Below, one piece after another: positions 10,127 to 19,539 of a stretch of 64,000 nucleotides of DNA (its first letter is position 1; each line of letters starts with the position of its first letter). The notes beneath the pieces are model-generated. The model had not been told where the DNA came from, ran no database searches, and was given only the letters and a program-made list of their open reading frames with translations. Position numbers and translations under genes: made by a program. Origin of the DNA: an uncultured bacterium. GTDB taxonomy: Bacteria > Patescibacteriota > Minisyncoccia > Phycocordibacterales > Phycocordibacteraceae. Where the stretch lies: positions 91,504 to 155,503 of the forward strand of contig CALFMK010000001.1 in the NCBI GenBank assembly GCA_937879955.1, in the 5' to 3' direction.

Positions 10127-10162
10127 AAAAGGCCGCATCCTAGGATGCGGCCTTTCTCTATT
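10127..10162. terminator. Bidirectional intrinsic terminator marking the end of the long scpB-to-M23 operon
   Basis: A perfect palindrome, GGCCGCATCC-TAG-GATGCGGCC, with AAAA on one side and TTTCTCTATT on the other. It lies 30 nt downstream of the M23 gene stop. Confidence 0.6.
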
Positions 10163-10184
10163 CACATATCGAAAGAGAGCTCTT

Positions 10185-11531
10185 CTAGAGATACGACATC
10201 GGGTTCAGATACGCGTCCTTCGGCGCCACCGGCATGGTGGCGTTCGCGCATGGGGTAGTAGCGCCGCGGTACTGGCCGAGCGTCATGATCTGGATACCGG
10301 CGGACGCGTACACGCCGAAGTGAAGATGCGGACCGGTGGCGTAGCCGGTCATGCCGGAGAGGCCGAGCTGCTGGCCGGTGGTCACGGACTGCCCTGCTGA
10401 CACGCCGATCGAGGAGAGGTGCGCGTAGAGTGTCGCGAGCCCGTTCGGGTGCTTCACCACAACCCACTTGCCGAAGGAGTAGCAGCCGTTCACGGCGTCC
10501 GTGTTCCCGGTACCCATCACGGTCCCTGAGAGCGCCGAGAGGACCGGCGTGCCGCTCGGCATGCCGATGTCGATGGCGTTGTGGCCGGAGCCGTTGTAGA
10601 TCTGGGCGTTCGCGGTGGCGAAGGCGGTGTTGCCGAAGTACTGCGTGATGCAGCGGGTGTTGCCGAGCGCGCTCGCCTTCCCGACGCAGGAGTCCGCGAA
10701 GGACTGCGAGTACGGCCATGCGAGCACGCCGGTCTGCGAGACCGGGGCCGCTCCCTGGCCCACGGATGCGAGGCTGTTCTCGAGCGCGGACAGCGCCTGC
10801 TCGAACAGCGCGCGCTCTGCCTTCTTGCGGGCGATGAGGTCCTGATACACGCTCTCCTGGTTCTTGGTCTGGGCGAGCAGCTTGTCCTTCTCGCTCTTCT
10901 GGACGTCGAGCGACGTCTTCTGCGACGTGAGGTCCGTCTTCAGCGTCGTGAGGTCCTTCTTCTTCGCGTCCACCTCCTGCACCTGCCCCGTGAGGACCTG
11001 CTTCGCCTGCGTGAGGCTCGCGACGTTGGCGCGCAGCGCGGTGTTTAAGGACGCGGCGTCATCAATCGCGGTCCAGGCCTCCGTGAGGTCGCCCGCGGCG
11101 AAGACCTGCTCCACGAGCGACACCTCGCCCGCCTCCGCCATGTTCCGGATCGACTTCTCGAGCGTGCGCTGGTCGAGCGCGATGAGCTGCTCGGTGTCGG
11201 CGATGTCGTACGAGAGCTCCTCGAGCTTCAGGTTCGTGGAGGAGATCTTGTTCTCGGTGAGATTGATTTGCGAGGCCGTCTGCTGGCGCGTTATGTCGAG
11301 CGTCTTGATGGCGGACTGGAGGGTCTGCTTCTGTCCGGAGACCACGTTCAGCTGCTGCTGGTACTGGTTGATCTCCTTCTCGAGGTCCTGGATGCGCTGG
11401 CTATGCTCCTCGATCTGGCTCTTGATGTCCGCCTCGGACTGCGCGTACACCGATTCGGGAATCATCCCGCCGATGAGCGAGAACGTCACGAGCACGATGA
11501 GCGCGAGGGATAAGGAACGGAGGGTCTGCAT
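10185..11531 (-). CDS. M23-family peptidoglycan DD-metalloendopeptidase with an N-terminal coiled-coil, EnvC or LytM-like
   Basis: 448 aa. It has a signal anchor. A long Q/E/K-rich coiled-coil follows. The C-terminal M23 domain carries HxxxD and HLHFGV motifs. Confidence 0.9.
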   Translation of the reverse strand: MQTLRSLSLALIVLVTFSLIGGMIPESVYAQSEADIKSQIEEHSQRIQDLEKEINQYQQQLNVVSGQKQTLQSAIKTLDITRQQTASQINLTENKISSTNLKLEELSYDIADTEQLIALDQRTLEKSIRNMAEAGEVSLVEQVFAAGDLTEAWTAIDDAASLNTALRANVASLTQAKQVLTGQVQEVDAKKKDLTTLKTDLTSQKTSLDVQKSEKDKLLAQTKNQESVYQDLIARKKAERALFEQALSALENSLASVGQGAAPVSQTGVLAWPYSQSFADSCVGKASALGNTRCITQYFGNTAFATANAQIYNGSGHNAIDIGMPSGTPVLSALSGTVMGTGNTDAVNGCYSFGKWVVVKHPNGLATLYAHLSSIGVSAGQSVTTGQQLGLSGMTGYATGPHLHFGVYASAGIQIMTLGQYRGATTPCANATMPVAPKDAYLNPMSYL

Positions 11532-11534
11532 CCC

Positions 11535-12971
11535 CTAGAGTATAGCAAGCGCGGCGCGGATGCGTGAAGCGGCTTCCTCGGTGCCGAGTATGGAAACGAG
11601 CGTGAACGGGTCCGGAGAGCGCTCGAGGCCCGAGAGCGCGTAGCGCAGCGGCCAGAGCACGCCGCCGCGGCCGCCCTTCCCTTCGGCCTCCTTCGCGTCC
11701 GCGAACGGCATGAGCGCCATCTTCACGGCTTCACTCGGCAGCATGGCCGGAAGGCCTTCGAGGATGCCGAGCGCGCCTTCGAGCGCGTCCTTGGTGAGGC
11801 CGGCGCGGTCGCTAGGCTCCTTCGCCACGAGCATATCGCGGTAGACGGACGGCGTCTCGAAGAGGCACGAGAGCTCGCCTTCGAGCATCTCGCGCGCCTC
11901 CCCGAACGTGTACGCGCGCTCCTTGAGGAGCGGCACCGCCTTTCGCAGGCGCTCGGGATCGGTGGCCGTGAGCTCGCCGAGGCGGATGTACGCATTGTCC
12001 TCGAGCTCGCGCATATGCTCGCGGTTCAGGTGCTTCAACTTCTCCTCGTCGAACTGCGCGCCCGAACGCTGGATGCGCGGCAGGTCGAACGCGTCGATGA
12101 GCTCGTGCGCGCTGAGGAAGAGCTCGCGGTCCCCGCCCGGGTTCCATCCGAGGAGCGCGAGGAAGTTGATCATGGCCGAAGGCAGGTAGCCCTCGCGGCG
12201 GTAGTCGAGGATGTCCTTCGCGCCGTCGCGCTTGCCGAGCTTCTTCGTCCCCGTGTCGCCGAGGATAGGCGGCAGCGTCGCGAAGACGGGCGGGAGCTCG
12301 CCGAGCGCCTCGTACAGCGATAGGAACTTCGGCGTGGACGCCATGAACTCCTGGCCGCGCATCACGTGCGTTATCTGCATCTCTATATCGTCGATGACGT
12401 GCGCGAAGTTGTAGGTCGGGTACCCGTCGCTCTTGATGAGTATGAAATCGTCGAGCGCCTCCTCGCCTGCAGACAAGGTTCCCATGACCACGTCCTCCCA
12501 CTCGTACCGCTTTATCACGGGTACCTTGAAGCGGAGCGGCTTCGTGCCGTCCCATTCTTCTGTGGTGTCGGGACGATGGTCGCGGAAGAGGAACGGGCGC
12601 TTCTCGAGCTCCGCGGTCTTACGGAGTCCGTCGAGCTCCTCCTCGGTGTACGGGTCCGGGTACGCGTAGCCGGCGTCGATGAGGCGGCGCGCGTAGTCTC
12701 TATACGAAGCGAGGCGGGCGGACTGGAGGTACGGCTCGAACGGGCCGCCCACGTCGATGCTCTCGTCCCAGGTGATGCCGAGCCACTTCAAGGACTCCAT
12801 GATGTGGCCGATGGAGCCCTCTACCTCCCTGCCCTTGTCGGTGTCCTCGATGCGGAGGATGAACTGGCCGCCATGCTTCCTGGCATAGAGCCAGGCGTAG
12901 AGCGCCGTGCGGATGCCGCCCACGTGCATGAAGCCGGTGGGGCTCGGGGCGAATCGGGTACGGACGGTCAT
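11535..12971 (-). CDS. gltX: Glutamate--tRNA ligase
   Basis: 478 aa. The class I HIGH motif reads FAPSPTGFMHVGG and the KMSKS region reads KLGKR. It is GluRS-like over its full length. Confidence 0.95.
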   Translation of the reverse strand: MTVRTRFAPSPTGFMHVGGIRTALYAWLYARKHGGQFILRIEDTDKGREVEGSIGHIMESLKWLGITWDESIDVGGPFEPYLQSARLASYRDYARRLIDAGYAYPDPYTEEELDGLRKTAELEKRPFLFRDHRPDTTEEWDGTKPLRFKVPVIKRYEWEDVVMGTLSAGEEALDDFILIKSDGYPTYNFAHVIDDIEMQITHVMRGQEFMASTPKFLSLYEALGELPPVFATLPPILGDTGTKKLGKRDGAKDILDYRREGYLPSAMINFLALLGWNPGGDRELFLSAHELIDAFDLPRIQRSGAQFDEEKLKHLNREHMRELEDNAYIRLGELTATDPERLRKAVPLLKERAYTFGEAREMLEGELSCLFETPSVYRDMLVAKEPSDRAGLTKDALEGALGILEGLPAMLPSEAVKMALMPFADAKEAEGKGGRGGVLWPLRYALSGLERSPDPFTLVSILGTEEAASRIRAALAIL

Positions 12972-12983
12972 ATACCGCCTAGC

Positions 12984-14135
12984 TTACCCGTTCTTGGCCT
13001 CGTGGGAAAGCGCGATGCGGAAGGCCTCCTCGGCGATCACCGTCGCGGCGTCAGGGTTCGCGAAGCCTGCGGCAGCAGCCTTCATGCGGCTGGCTGCGGC
13101 CTGATCGGTCGCGATGCGCTTCGCCTCGGACGCGAGGACGTTCGGGGTGAGGTTCGCCTCCTCGAGGACCTCGGCCGCGCCCGTGCGCGCGTAAGCGTAC
13201 GCGTTGGTGCGCTGGTCGTGGCTGATCGATTCCGGGATCGGGATGAGTATCGCCGGCACGCCCCAGAGCGATATCTCGATGATGGAGCCCGCGCCCGCCC
13301 GCGCGATGATGACGTCGGCGGATGCGGCCGCGTTGCGCATACTCTCGGCGTTCAGGTACGGATACGCGTGGTAGCGCTCCTTATGGCCGTCCCTCCCGAT
13401 GATGACGCTCGCGGTCTTGCGCACGCTCTCGAAATGCTCCTTGCCGGTCTGATGGACCACGTTCGCGAACGAGACGAGGCTCGGGAGCGCGTCGAGCACG
13501 GTCTCGTTGATGCGCAGCGATCCGGACGAGCCGCCCACGATGAGGATGGTCGGGAGCGATGGATCGAGGCCGAGCGCGGCGAGCGCAGACGTGCGCTCCG
13601 GGAGCCGGATGAGCTCCTTTCTGACCGGGATGCCTACCCGTGCGATCTTGCCGCGGGTCTTCAATGGGAATCCGTCGATCGCGCTCTCGAACGCCACCGC
13701 GATGCGCGTCGCCTTCTTCGCCGCGAGGATGTTCGCGCGCCCCGGCTTCGCGTCCGACTCGTGGATGATGATCGGGATGCGGAGAAGCGACGCCGCGATC
13801 ACGGTCGGGACGCTCGCGTACCCGCCCTTCGAGATCACGACGTCCGGATAGAGCTTGAGGAGGATGAAGAAGCACGAGACCACGCCCCAGGCGGTCTTGA
13901 AGAGGTCGGTGACGTTCTGCAGGCTGAAATAGCGGCGCACCTTCCCGGCAGGTGCCTTGAGGAAGACGATGTCGTTGGCGAAAAGCGCCTCGGCGTCATA
14001 CGGCTTGTCCGCGAGGTAGTAGAGGCGCGGCGGGATGATCTGCGTCTCGAGCGCGAGGTCGCGCATCGCTTCGGCCACCGCGATGAGCGGGTAGAAATGC
14101 CCACCGGTTCCCCCGCCCGTGAATACGATCTTCAT
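12984..14135 (-). CDS. murG: UDP-N-acetylglucosamine--N-acetylmuramyl-(pentapeptide) pyrophosphoryl-undecaprenol N-acetylglucosamine transferase MurG
   Basis: 383 aa. It has the glycosyltransferase-28 N-terminal motif (KIVFTGGGTGGHFYPLIA), a GT-B fold, and sits in a dcw cluster. Confidence 0.9.
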   Translation of the reverse strand: MKIVFTGGGTGGHFYPLIAVAEAMRDLALETQIIPPRLYYLADKPYDAEALFANDIVFLKAPAGKVRRYFSLQNVTDLFKTAWGVVSCFFILLKLYPDVVISKGGYASVPTVIAASLLRIPIIIHESDAKPGRANILAAKKATRIAVAFESAIDGFPLKTRGKIARVGIPVRKELIRLPERTSALAALGLDPSLPTILIVGGSSGSLRINETVLDALPSLVSFANVVHQTGKEHFESVRKTASVIIGRDGHKERYHAYPYLNAESMRNAAASADVIIARAGAGSIIEISLWGVPAILIPIPESISHDQRTNAYAYARTGAAEVLEEANLTPNVLASEAKRIATDQAAASRMKAAAAGFANPDAATVIAEEAFRIALSHEAKNG

Positions 14136-14155
14136 AGTAGTCCGAGTATAGCAGG

Positions 14156-14650
14156 CTACGGATTGCTGCTGCAGCCCGGATATGAGAGGCCTGGCCCTGT
14201 GTACGGCACCTGGTCTGAGGTCCTACCGGTCGAACTGAGACAGTACATGAGTCCGCTCGGATAGCGCATCATTATCGTGAAGCTCGTCGTTCCGGTCACC
14301 GAAAACGCTTGCGTAAAGCTTGTACCGAGGGTGTTCTGGACCTCGTTGCATATGGCAAGCGCCTGGCTGGCATAGCTTCCAGCAAAGCCCCGGCTTGCAC
14401 AGGGTGTCTCGCCGTTGGCTGTCCCTCCACCGATCCATCCGCGGGCCAGGTTTGCATAGCTTCCAGTCTCTAAATACTCGAGCTCAAGGAGCTTGCGGTA
14501 TTCAAGCGCATGAGACTTGAGCGACGCCTCCTTCGCCTTCGCACGCGCGGCGCTGAGTGACGCGAGCACGACCGCGGACAGGATGCCGATGATCGCGATG
14601 ACGACCAGGAGCTCGATGAGCGTGAATCCTTTCGGGCGTGCAGGGGTCAT
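14156..14650 (-). CDS. Type IV pilin-like protein carrying a prepilin N-terminal cleavage and methylation domain
   Basis: 164 aa. The N-terminus reads KGFTLIELLVVIAIIGILSAVVLASL, which places the cleavage site at G|F and the conserved Glu at position +5. This is the same module seen in the six other paralogs. Confidence 0.85.
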   Translation of the reverse strand: MTPARPKGFTLIELLVVIAIIGILSAVVLASLSAARAKAKEASLKSHALEYRKLLELEYLETGSYANLARGWIGGGTANGETPCASRGFAGSYASQALAICNEVQNTLGTSFTQAFSVTGTTSFTIMMRYPSGLMYCLSSTGRTSDQVPYTGPGLSYPGCSSNP

Positions 14651-14654
14651 AGCA

Positions 14655-15140
14655 TTACGGGCACTCGAGGACGCCTGCTGCCGGCGTCGACGTGCCGATA
14701 TCCTTTGCCTTGCCGGTATGGTCGATGCACCAGTACGTGTTCGTGCTCTTCAGTCCTATGGCGATCAGGTACTGGCTCCGTGGGCCGTCTATCCTGCACT
14801 CCTTCGTGCCGTTCCCGTCGGCATACGCTTTCGCGATGGCATTCGTGATCGAGTCGGCGGCGGCGCGCGCCTCTCCCGTGATGCTCGTCTCGCGGAACAT
14901 GGTCCCGCTCGTCATGCAGTCGCCTACGTAGTAGGTCCCGGTGATGCTGCCGTAGCGGCCTTGCAGGTCGTAGTACAGGGATGCCTGGGTGCGCACCGTG
15001 GCGAGGTTCGCCTTCACGGACGCATCGGCTGCGCGGGAGCGCGCGGCGCTGAGGCTTGCCAGCACGACGCTCGAGAGGATGCCGATGATAGCAATCACCA
15101 CCAGCAGCTCGATGAGCGTGAATCCTCTGCGCGGCGTCAT
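14655..15140 (-). CDS. Type IV pilin-like protein
   Basis: The tracked ORF is 14655..15173. The internal start (MTPRRGFTLIELLVVIAIIGILSSVVLASLSAAR) matches its neighbour. It lies 4 nt upstream of the pilin at 14156..14650. Confidence 0.8.
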   Translation of the reverse strand: MTPRRGFTLIELLVVIAIIGILSSVVLASLSAARSRAADASVKANLATVRTQASLYYDLQGRYGSITGTYYVGDCMTSGTMFRETSITGEARAAADSITNAIAKAYADGNGTKECRIDGPRSQYLIAIGLKSTNTYWCIDHTGKAKDIGTSTPAAGVLECP

Positions 15141-15178
15141 GTCTAGAGTATATAGCAGCGCGTGAGAGCGCATCGGCG

Positions 15179-16288
15179 TTATGCGAGCGTCTTGCGCTTG
15201 CTCCTGTTCGCCGCGACGTTCAGGATCACGCCCACCGACGCGAGCGCCGCGAGGAGCGCGGTGCCGCCGTGCGACACGAACGGCAGCGGGAGTCCCGTGA
15301 GCGGCACGATGCCGAGCATGGCGCCGATGTTCATGAACGCGGATATGGTTATGAGGAGCGTGAGGCCCGTGGCGGCAAACGAGCCGAACGCGGTGGCGGA
15401 TTCCGCGGCTATGGCGAAGCCGCGTGTGGCGAAGGCCGTGAACAGGAGGACGAGCAGGATGGTGCCGATGAAGCCGAACTCCTCGCCGTACACCGCGAAG
15501 ACCGAGTCGCCCACGGGTTCCGGCAGGTAGTTGTACTTCTGGGCGCTCTGGCCGAACCCGCGCCCGAGCATGCCGCCCGACCCTATGGCGATGAGGGACT
15601 GCTGTATCTGGTAGCCGCTGCCGAGCCCGTCCGCCTCGGGGCTTATGAAGGTCTTCACGCGCTCGAGCGCGTACGGGCGAAACACGAGCGCGATGCCGAT
15701 GAAGGCGACGCCTGCGAGGACGATGAGGCCGATGTCGCGCCAGCGGGCGCCGGCGATGAAGTAGAGTGCCATGGCGGTCGCGCCGATTACGAGGATCGTA
15801 CTGTTGTTCGGCTGGAGCGCGAGGATCACCACCGGCAATCCCACGATCATCCCGAACGGGATGAGGCCCGTCTTGAAGTCCTTGATCTTCTCTTTCGTGC
15901 GCGCGAGGAACAGGGCGAGCATGAGGATGACGGCAGGCTTCAGGAACTCAGCCGGCTGCACCGTGACAGGACCGATATCAATCCAGCGGGTCGCGCCCCC
16001 GGCGTGCACGCCGAGGCCCGGGATGAACACGAGCGTCGTGAGGACGATGGCGAAGGCATAGAACGGGATCACGGCCTTCATGAGGAACGCAGGCGGCGTG
16101 AAGCGTATGGCGAGGAGCGCGATCACGCCAGGGATGAGGCCGAGCGCGAGCTGCGTGAGCGCGAGGCGCCCGATGCTCGCCCCCTCGCGCGCGAGCAGGC
16201 CGAGCGCCGCTGAGAGGAAGATGGCCGCGCCCCCGACGACGAGTATTGCGACGATAAGGGCAAAGACCCGGTCTCCGGAAAGGCGCAT
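15179..16288 (-). CDS. ftsW: Cell-division lipid II flippase/polymerase FtsW, SEDS family
   Basis: 369 aa with 10 TM segments. It shows SEDS motifs (AEFLKP, GFGQS, PLPFVSHGG) and dcw context. Confidence 0.9.
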   Translation of the reverse strand: MRLSGDRVFALIVAILVVGGAAIFLSAALGLLAREGASIGRLALTQLALGLIPGVIALLAIRFTPPAFLMKAVIPFYAFAIVLTTLVFIPGLGVHAGGATRWIDIGPVTVQPAEFLKPAVILMLALFLARTKEKIKDFKTGLIPFGMIVGLPVVILALQPNNSTILVIGATAMALYFIAGARWRDIGLIVLAGVAFIGIALVFRPYALERVKTFISPEADGLGSGYQIQQSLIAIGSGGMLGRGFGQSAQKYNYLPEPVGDSVFAVYGEEFGFIGTILLVLLFTAFATRGFAIAAESATAFGSFAATGLTLLITISAFMNIGAMLGIVPLTGLPLPFVSHGGTALLAALASVGVILNVAANRSKRKTLA

Positions 16289-16334
16289 AGTCTCCCTATT
16301 CTAACGCATCGTCACGTGCGTATGGCGTGGATTA

Positions 16335-16838
16335 TCAAAGGTTCGAGAATCCGGGCGTGTAGAACGCGAAGCTCGCCTGGCTCGGAGAGCTCGGACGCGG
16401 CCAGCGGTTCGTCGCTGGCGTATAGGTCTCGACGGTGAGGTAGGCGAGCAGTATGTAATCGGTGCCGTTCGACTGGTATACGTAGCATCCGCTCGTGCCC
16501 GTCGGCTTCGGGTCGACCGGGAGCGTCGGCATGTAGGTCGGCGCGAGGTTCGGCACCCAGCCGTTCGCGCCGGTGACACCATGGCTTCCGAAGTTCGAGC
16601 AGGTCCCCCACCACGTATTGGCACCGGTAACCGGATAGTTCCCGCTATTATCGAGCGCGTAGAGCGCGAGCGCCTTCTGTACCTGCTGGAGGTCCGTGAT
16701 GCGCTGGGTATCCCGGGCCTTCGCCCGCGCGGTGTTCAGCGACGCGAGCACCACCGACGACAGGATGCCGATGATGGCGATGACGACCAGGAGCTCGATG
16801 AGGGTGAAGCCGCGTTTCATCATCGCTAATGATAGCAA
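16335..16838 (-). CDS. Type IV pilin-like protein
   Basis: 167 aa with MMKRGFTLIELLVVIAIIGILSSVVLASLNTAR at the N-terminus. The true start may be the second Met, near 16820. It lies between mraY and ftsW. Confidence 0.85.
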   Translation of the reverse strand: MLSLAMMKRGFTLIELLVVIAIIGILSSVVLASLNTARAKARDTQRITDLQQVQKALALYALDNSGNYPVTGANTWWGTCSNFGSHGVTGANGWVPNLAPTYMPTLPVDPKPTGTSGCYVYQSNGTDYILLAYLTVETYTPATNRWPRPSSPSQASFAFYTPGFSNL

Positions 16839-16854
16839 AGAAAACGCGATGGAC

Positions 16855-17916
16855 TTACTTGAGGAGCGCGAGCGCGAGTCCGAAGATGCCGGCGATGATC
16901 GTGATGACCCAGTACCGCATCGTCACCTTGTACGCAGGCCAGCCGATGGCCTCGAAGTGGTGGTGGATCGGCGCGATGCGGAAGAGCTTCCGCTTCAGGA
17001 CCTTCTTCGAGAAGACCTGGAGCGCGCTCGTGAACACGGTCACGGTGAGCGGGAGCGCGATGATCGGAAGGACCGCGACGCCCACCCCGTCGCCGAGCAC
17101 GTCGGTCGAGAACGCCGTTATAGCGAGAGACACCGTGAGCGCCATGGTGCCGGTCTCCGACAGGTAGAAGCGGGCCGGTGGGATGTTGAACCAGAGGAAC
17201 GCGAAGAGTGCGCCCGAGACGCAGGCCGCGAACGCCGCGAGCGAGGTCTGCCCCTGCGCGAACGCGATCCCTGCGTACGTCATGAAGATGATCGCGAAGA
17301 CGCCGCCTGCGAGCCCGTCGATGCCGTCGATGACGCCGCCTGCGTAGAGCGCGAGCGTCACGACCATGAAGAACAGTATGAAAAGCGGCCCGAGCTCGAT
17401 CGGCCCTACGAATGGGATGCCGACGGCCGAGACGTCGAGCTTGTCGTAGAACCACCAGCCCGCAAAAAGCCCGATCGCCGCTACCACGAGGAGCCGCCAG
17501 CGAAGCCGGAGGCCCCCTGCGGAGCGTGTCACCTCGAAGACGTCGTCGACGAGCCCAACGAGCGCCCCTGCCGCGAGCGCGAACAGCGGGAGCCAGGTCT
17601 GGCTCCGGCTCACGAAGTCGAACGAGGAGAACGGCTCGCCGAAGAGAATCGCGAAGAGCCAGAGTCCGAGCGCGGTGGCGAGGGTGGATCCCCAGACCAC
17701 GATGCCGCCCATGCGCGGCGTCGACACCTCGCGCTCCTTGTGGAGCTCGTCGAAGAGCGGCGTGCCATTATCGTCGCCCATGCTGTTGCCCTTCCCGGCC
17801 TTCTTCTTCCAGGCGCGGTACTTGAAGAGGTAGTGCGTGACGATCGGCGACAGCGCGATGCCGATGACGAAGGAGATGATCGACGGGATGAGCACGCGTG
17901 CGGCGTCGATGATCAT
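16855..17916 (-). CDS. mraY: Phospho-N-acetylmuramoyl-pentapeptide transferase MraY
   Basis: 353 aa, polytopic. It carries MraY motifs (GLVDD, PIHHHFE and a DGxDGL-like segment). Confidence 0.9.
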   Translation of the reverse strand: MIIDAARVLIPSIISFVIGIALSPIVTHYLFKYRAWKKKAGKGNSMGDDNGTPLFDELHKEREVSTPRMGGIVVWGSTLATALGLWLFAILFGEPFSSFDFVSRSQTWLPLFALAAGALVGLVDDVFEVTRSAGGLRLRWRLLVVAAIGLFAGWWFYDKLDVSAVGIPFVGPIELGPLFILFFMVVTLALYAGGVIDGIDGLAGGVFAIIFMTYAGIAFAQGQTSLAAFAACVSGALFAFLWFNIPPARFYLSETGTMALTVSLAITAFSTDVLGDGVGVAVLPIIALPLTVTVFTSALQVFSKKVLKRKLFRIAPIHHHFEAIGWPAYKVTMRYWVITIIAGIFGLALALLK

Positions 17917-17919
17917 AGG

Positions 17920-18897
17920 CTAGCGGATAGTAGCGCCCGCGAAGTACTCGTTCGCGCGGCTCATGAGCGCGTTCACGTCGGCATACCTGCCGTCGTAGGA
18001 CGAGCCGAGCACGACGATCGCGACCGGATGCCCGATGCCCGCGTCATAGACCACGGCGAGATTGCCGCCGGCGAGATCGGTGAAGCCGGTCTTCGAGAGG
18101 AGCGCGTTCGGGACGCGGACGATCCCTGGGTTCGTGCTCGGCAGGGTGTGCACGGCACCGTCCATCGAGCGGACCGTGATGGACGGCTCGATGGTGGCGC
18201 GCGCGATCTCAGGAGCCTCGGTGAGGAGCGCGCCCGCGAGGATCGCGATGTCGCGCGCCGAGCCGTAGCCGCCTGCCACCGACGTGCTCTCGTCGAGGCC
18301 AGTACCGTTAAGCGCGTAAGTCTGCGAGAGGCCCGCGGCCGCTGCTGCGCCGGCGAGCAGATTCTTGCCGGTAGTCGCGCGGGCGATCGCGGCGGCCTCT
18401 GCGATCGCGGCGGCGCCGTCGTTCGAGGATGCCACGAGCACGAGGCGCGCGAGGTCGCCGAACGCGAAGCGCTCTCCGGCAGAGAGCCCGCTCTCGCCTT
18501 CCTGCGCGAGCGCGCTCTGGCTCACCGTTACGGTCGAGTCCTCGTTAAGGACCTGTGCGGCCGCATAGACGGTGAGGAGCTTCGTGAGCGACGCGAGCGG
18601 GAGCTGCGAGCGGCTGTTCTTCTCGTAGAGCGTCTCGCCGGTCACGAGGTCGTAGACGATCGCCGCCTTGCCTTCGACGTGCACGCTCTTGAACGCGTCG
18701 GATGCCGCGGTCGGGACGATCGCCGGAGCCTCGGTGAGCACTGTCGGAGCGTCCTTCTGCGCGAACAGGGGCGCGACGAGCACGGTGAGCGAGAGCACGG
18801 CGGTCCCGGCGATAAGCGCGGTCGCCGCCTGCTTCTTCTGGTGCCGCCTCTCGAGGCGCCTGATGAGCGTCTTCAGGTCTGGGGTCGGTGCGGTCAT
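17920..18897 (-). CDS. D-alanyl-D-alanine carboxypeptidase, an S11 serine peptidase of the PBP5/DacA type
   Basis: 325 aa. It has a signal/TM segment. The SxxK active site reads ASLTKLL, and SxN and KTG-like (KTGFTD) motifs are present. Confidence 0.8.
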   Translation of the reverse strand: MTAPTPDLKTLIRRLERRHQKKQAATALIAGTAVLSLTVLVAPLFAQKDAPTVLTEAPAIVPTAASDAFKSVHVEGKAAIVYDLVTGETLYEKNSRSQLPLASLTKLLTVYAAAQVLNEDSTVTVSQSALAQEGESGLSAGERFAFGDLARLVLVASSNDGAAAIAEAAAIARATTGKNLLAGAAAAAGLSQTYALNGTGLDESTSVAGGYGSARDIAILAGALLTEAPEIARATIEPSITVRSMDGAVHTLPSTNPGIVRVPNALLSKTGFTDLAGGNLAVVYDAGIGHPVAIVVLGSSYDGRYADVNALMSRANEYFAGATIR

Positions 18898-19454
18898 GCG
18901 TCGGTTGCGGTTAAGGCTTGCTCCTGCTTCGCATCTTCTGCAGCGAGCATCTGCGAGAGCTCATTGAAGCGCGGGAGCTCGCTGAGTGACGTGACGCCGA
19001 GGTGCGCGAGCGCGTCTACGGTCGGGCGGTAGAGCGCGCGGCGCTTGTCCGCTGCGTCCTCGACGCGCTCGATGAGTCCGCGCAGCAGGAGCGCGCGGAT
19101 GGCGGTCCCCGAGTTCACGCCGCGGACCCAGTCGATATCGCCGCGCGTGGCGCTGCCCTTGTAGAGGATGAGCGCGAGCGTCTCGAGGCTCGCCTTCCCT
19201 AGGTCGCGGGAGAGCTCGCTCTCGCGGAGCGCCTGGATGTCCGCTGCCGCCTCAGGGCTCGTGCGCAGCTCTACCATGTCCGCGACCGTGACGACCGAGA
19301 GACCGCTGCCGTCGAGGGCCGCATGCAGCTCCTCGATCGCTGCGTCGAGCTCTTCCGAGGAGACCGCGAGGAGCGTCATGAGGCGCTTCTTGGCGAACGC
19401 CTCGCCGCCAGCGAACAGGACGGCTTCGAGCCGGGACGGGAGCGGGAATGCCAT
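18894..19454 (-). CDS. scpB: Segregation and condensation protein B
   Basis: 186 aa with ScpB winged-helix repeats (LEAVLFAGGEA...SSEEL...LILYKGSATRGDI). It overlaps the downstream gene by 4 nt. Confidence 0.85.
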   Translation of the reverse strand: MAFPLPSRLEAVLFAGGEAFAKKRLMTLLAVSSEELDAAIEELHAALDGSGLSVVTVADMVELRTSPEAAADIQALRESELSRDLGKASLETLALILYKGSATRGDIDWVRGVNSGTAIRALLLRGLIERVEDAADKRRALYRPTVDALAHLGVTSLSELPRFNELSQMLAAEDAKQEQALTATDA

Positions 19455-19539
19455 AGTCCCTCAAGAATACCGTCAAAACCGGCCAGAGCAACCCTTCTTC
19501 GCTGGGGACGAGGCGGTTCCTCGTAGTATACTCGTGGCC

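Noticed and set aside
9849-10130. A possible riboswitch in the roughly 280-nt region upstream of the Kazal-like protein gene, because of palindromic GCATCC..GGATGC motifs
   Set aside because: A likely -10 element, TATAGAAT, lies only about 40 nt upstream of the ATG, so most of the region is probably untranscribed spacer. I recognise no known riboswitch consensus. I did not report it as a feature.
12366-14264. A 632-aa plus-strand ORF rich in Arg, Glu, Asp and Leu
   Set aside because: It is antisense to gltX and murG, which have clear homology. Its composition is low-complexity and typical of a GC-rich antisense frame. The same applies to 16696..19032 (+), 19252..20355 (-), 36012..38498 (+), 55170..57056 (-), 7399..8169 (-) and the many other Arg/Glu-rich ORFs in the track.
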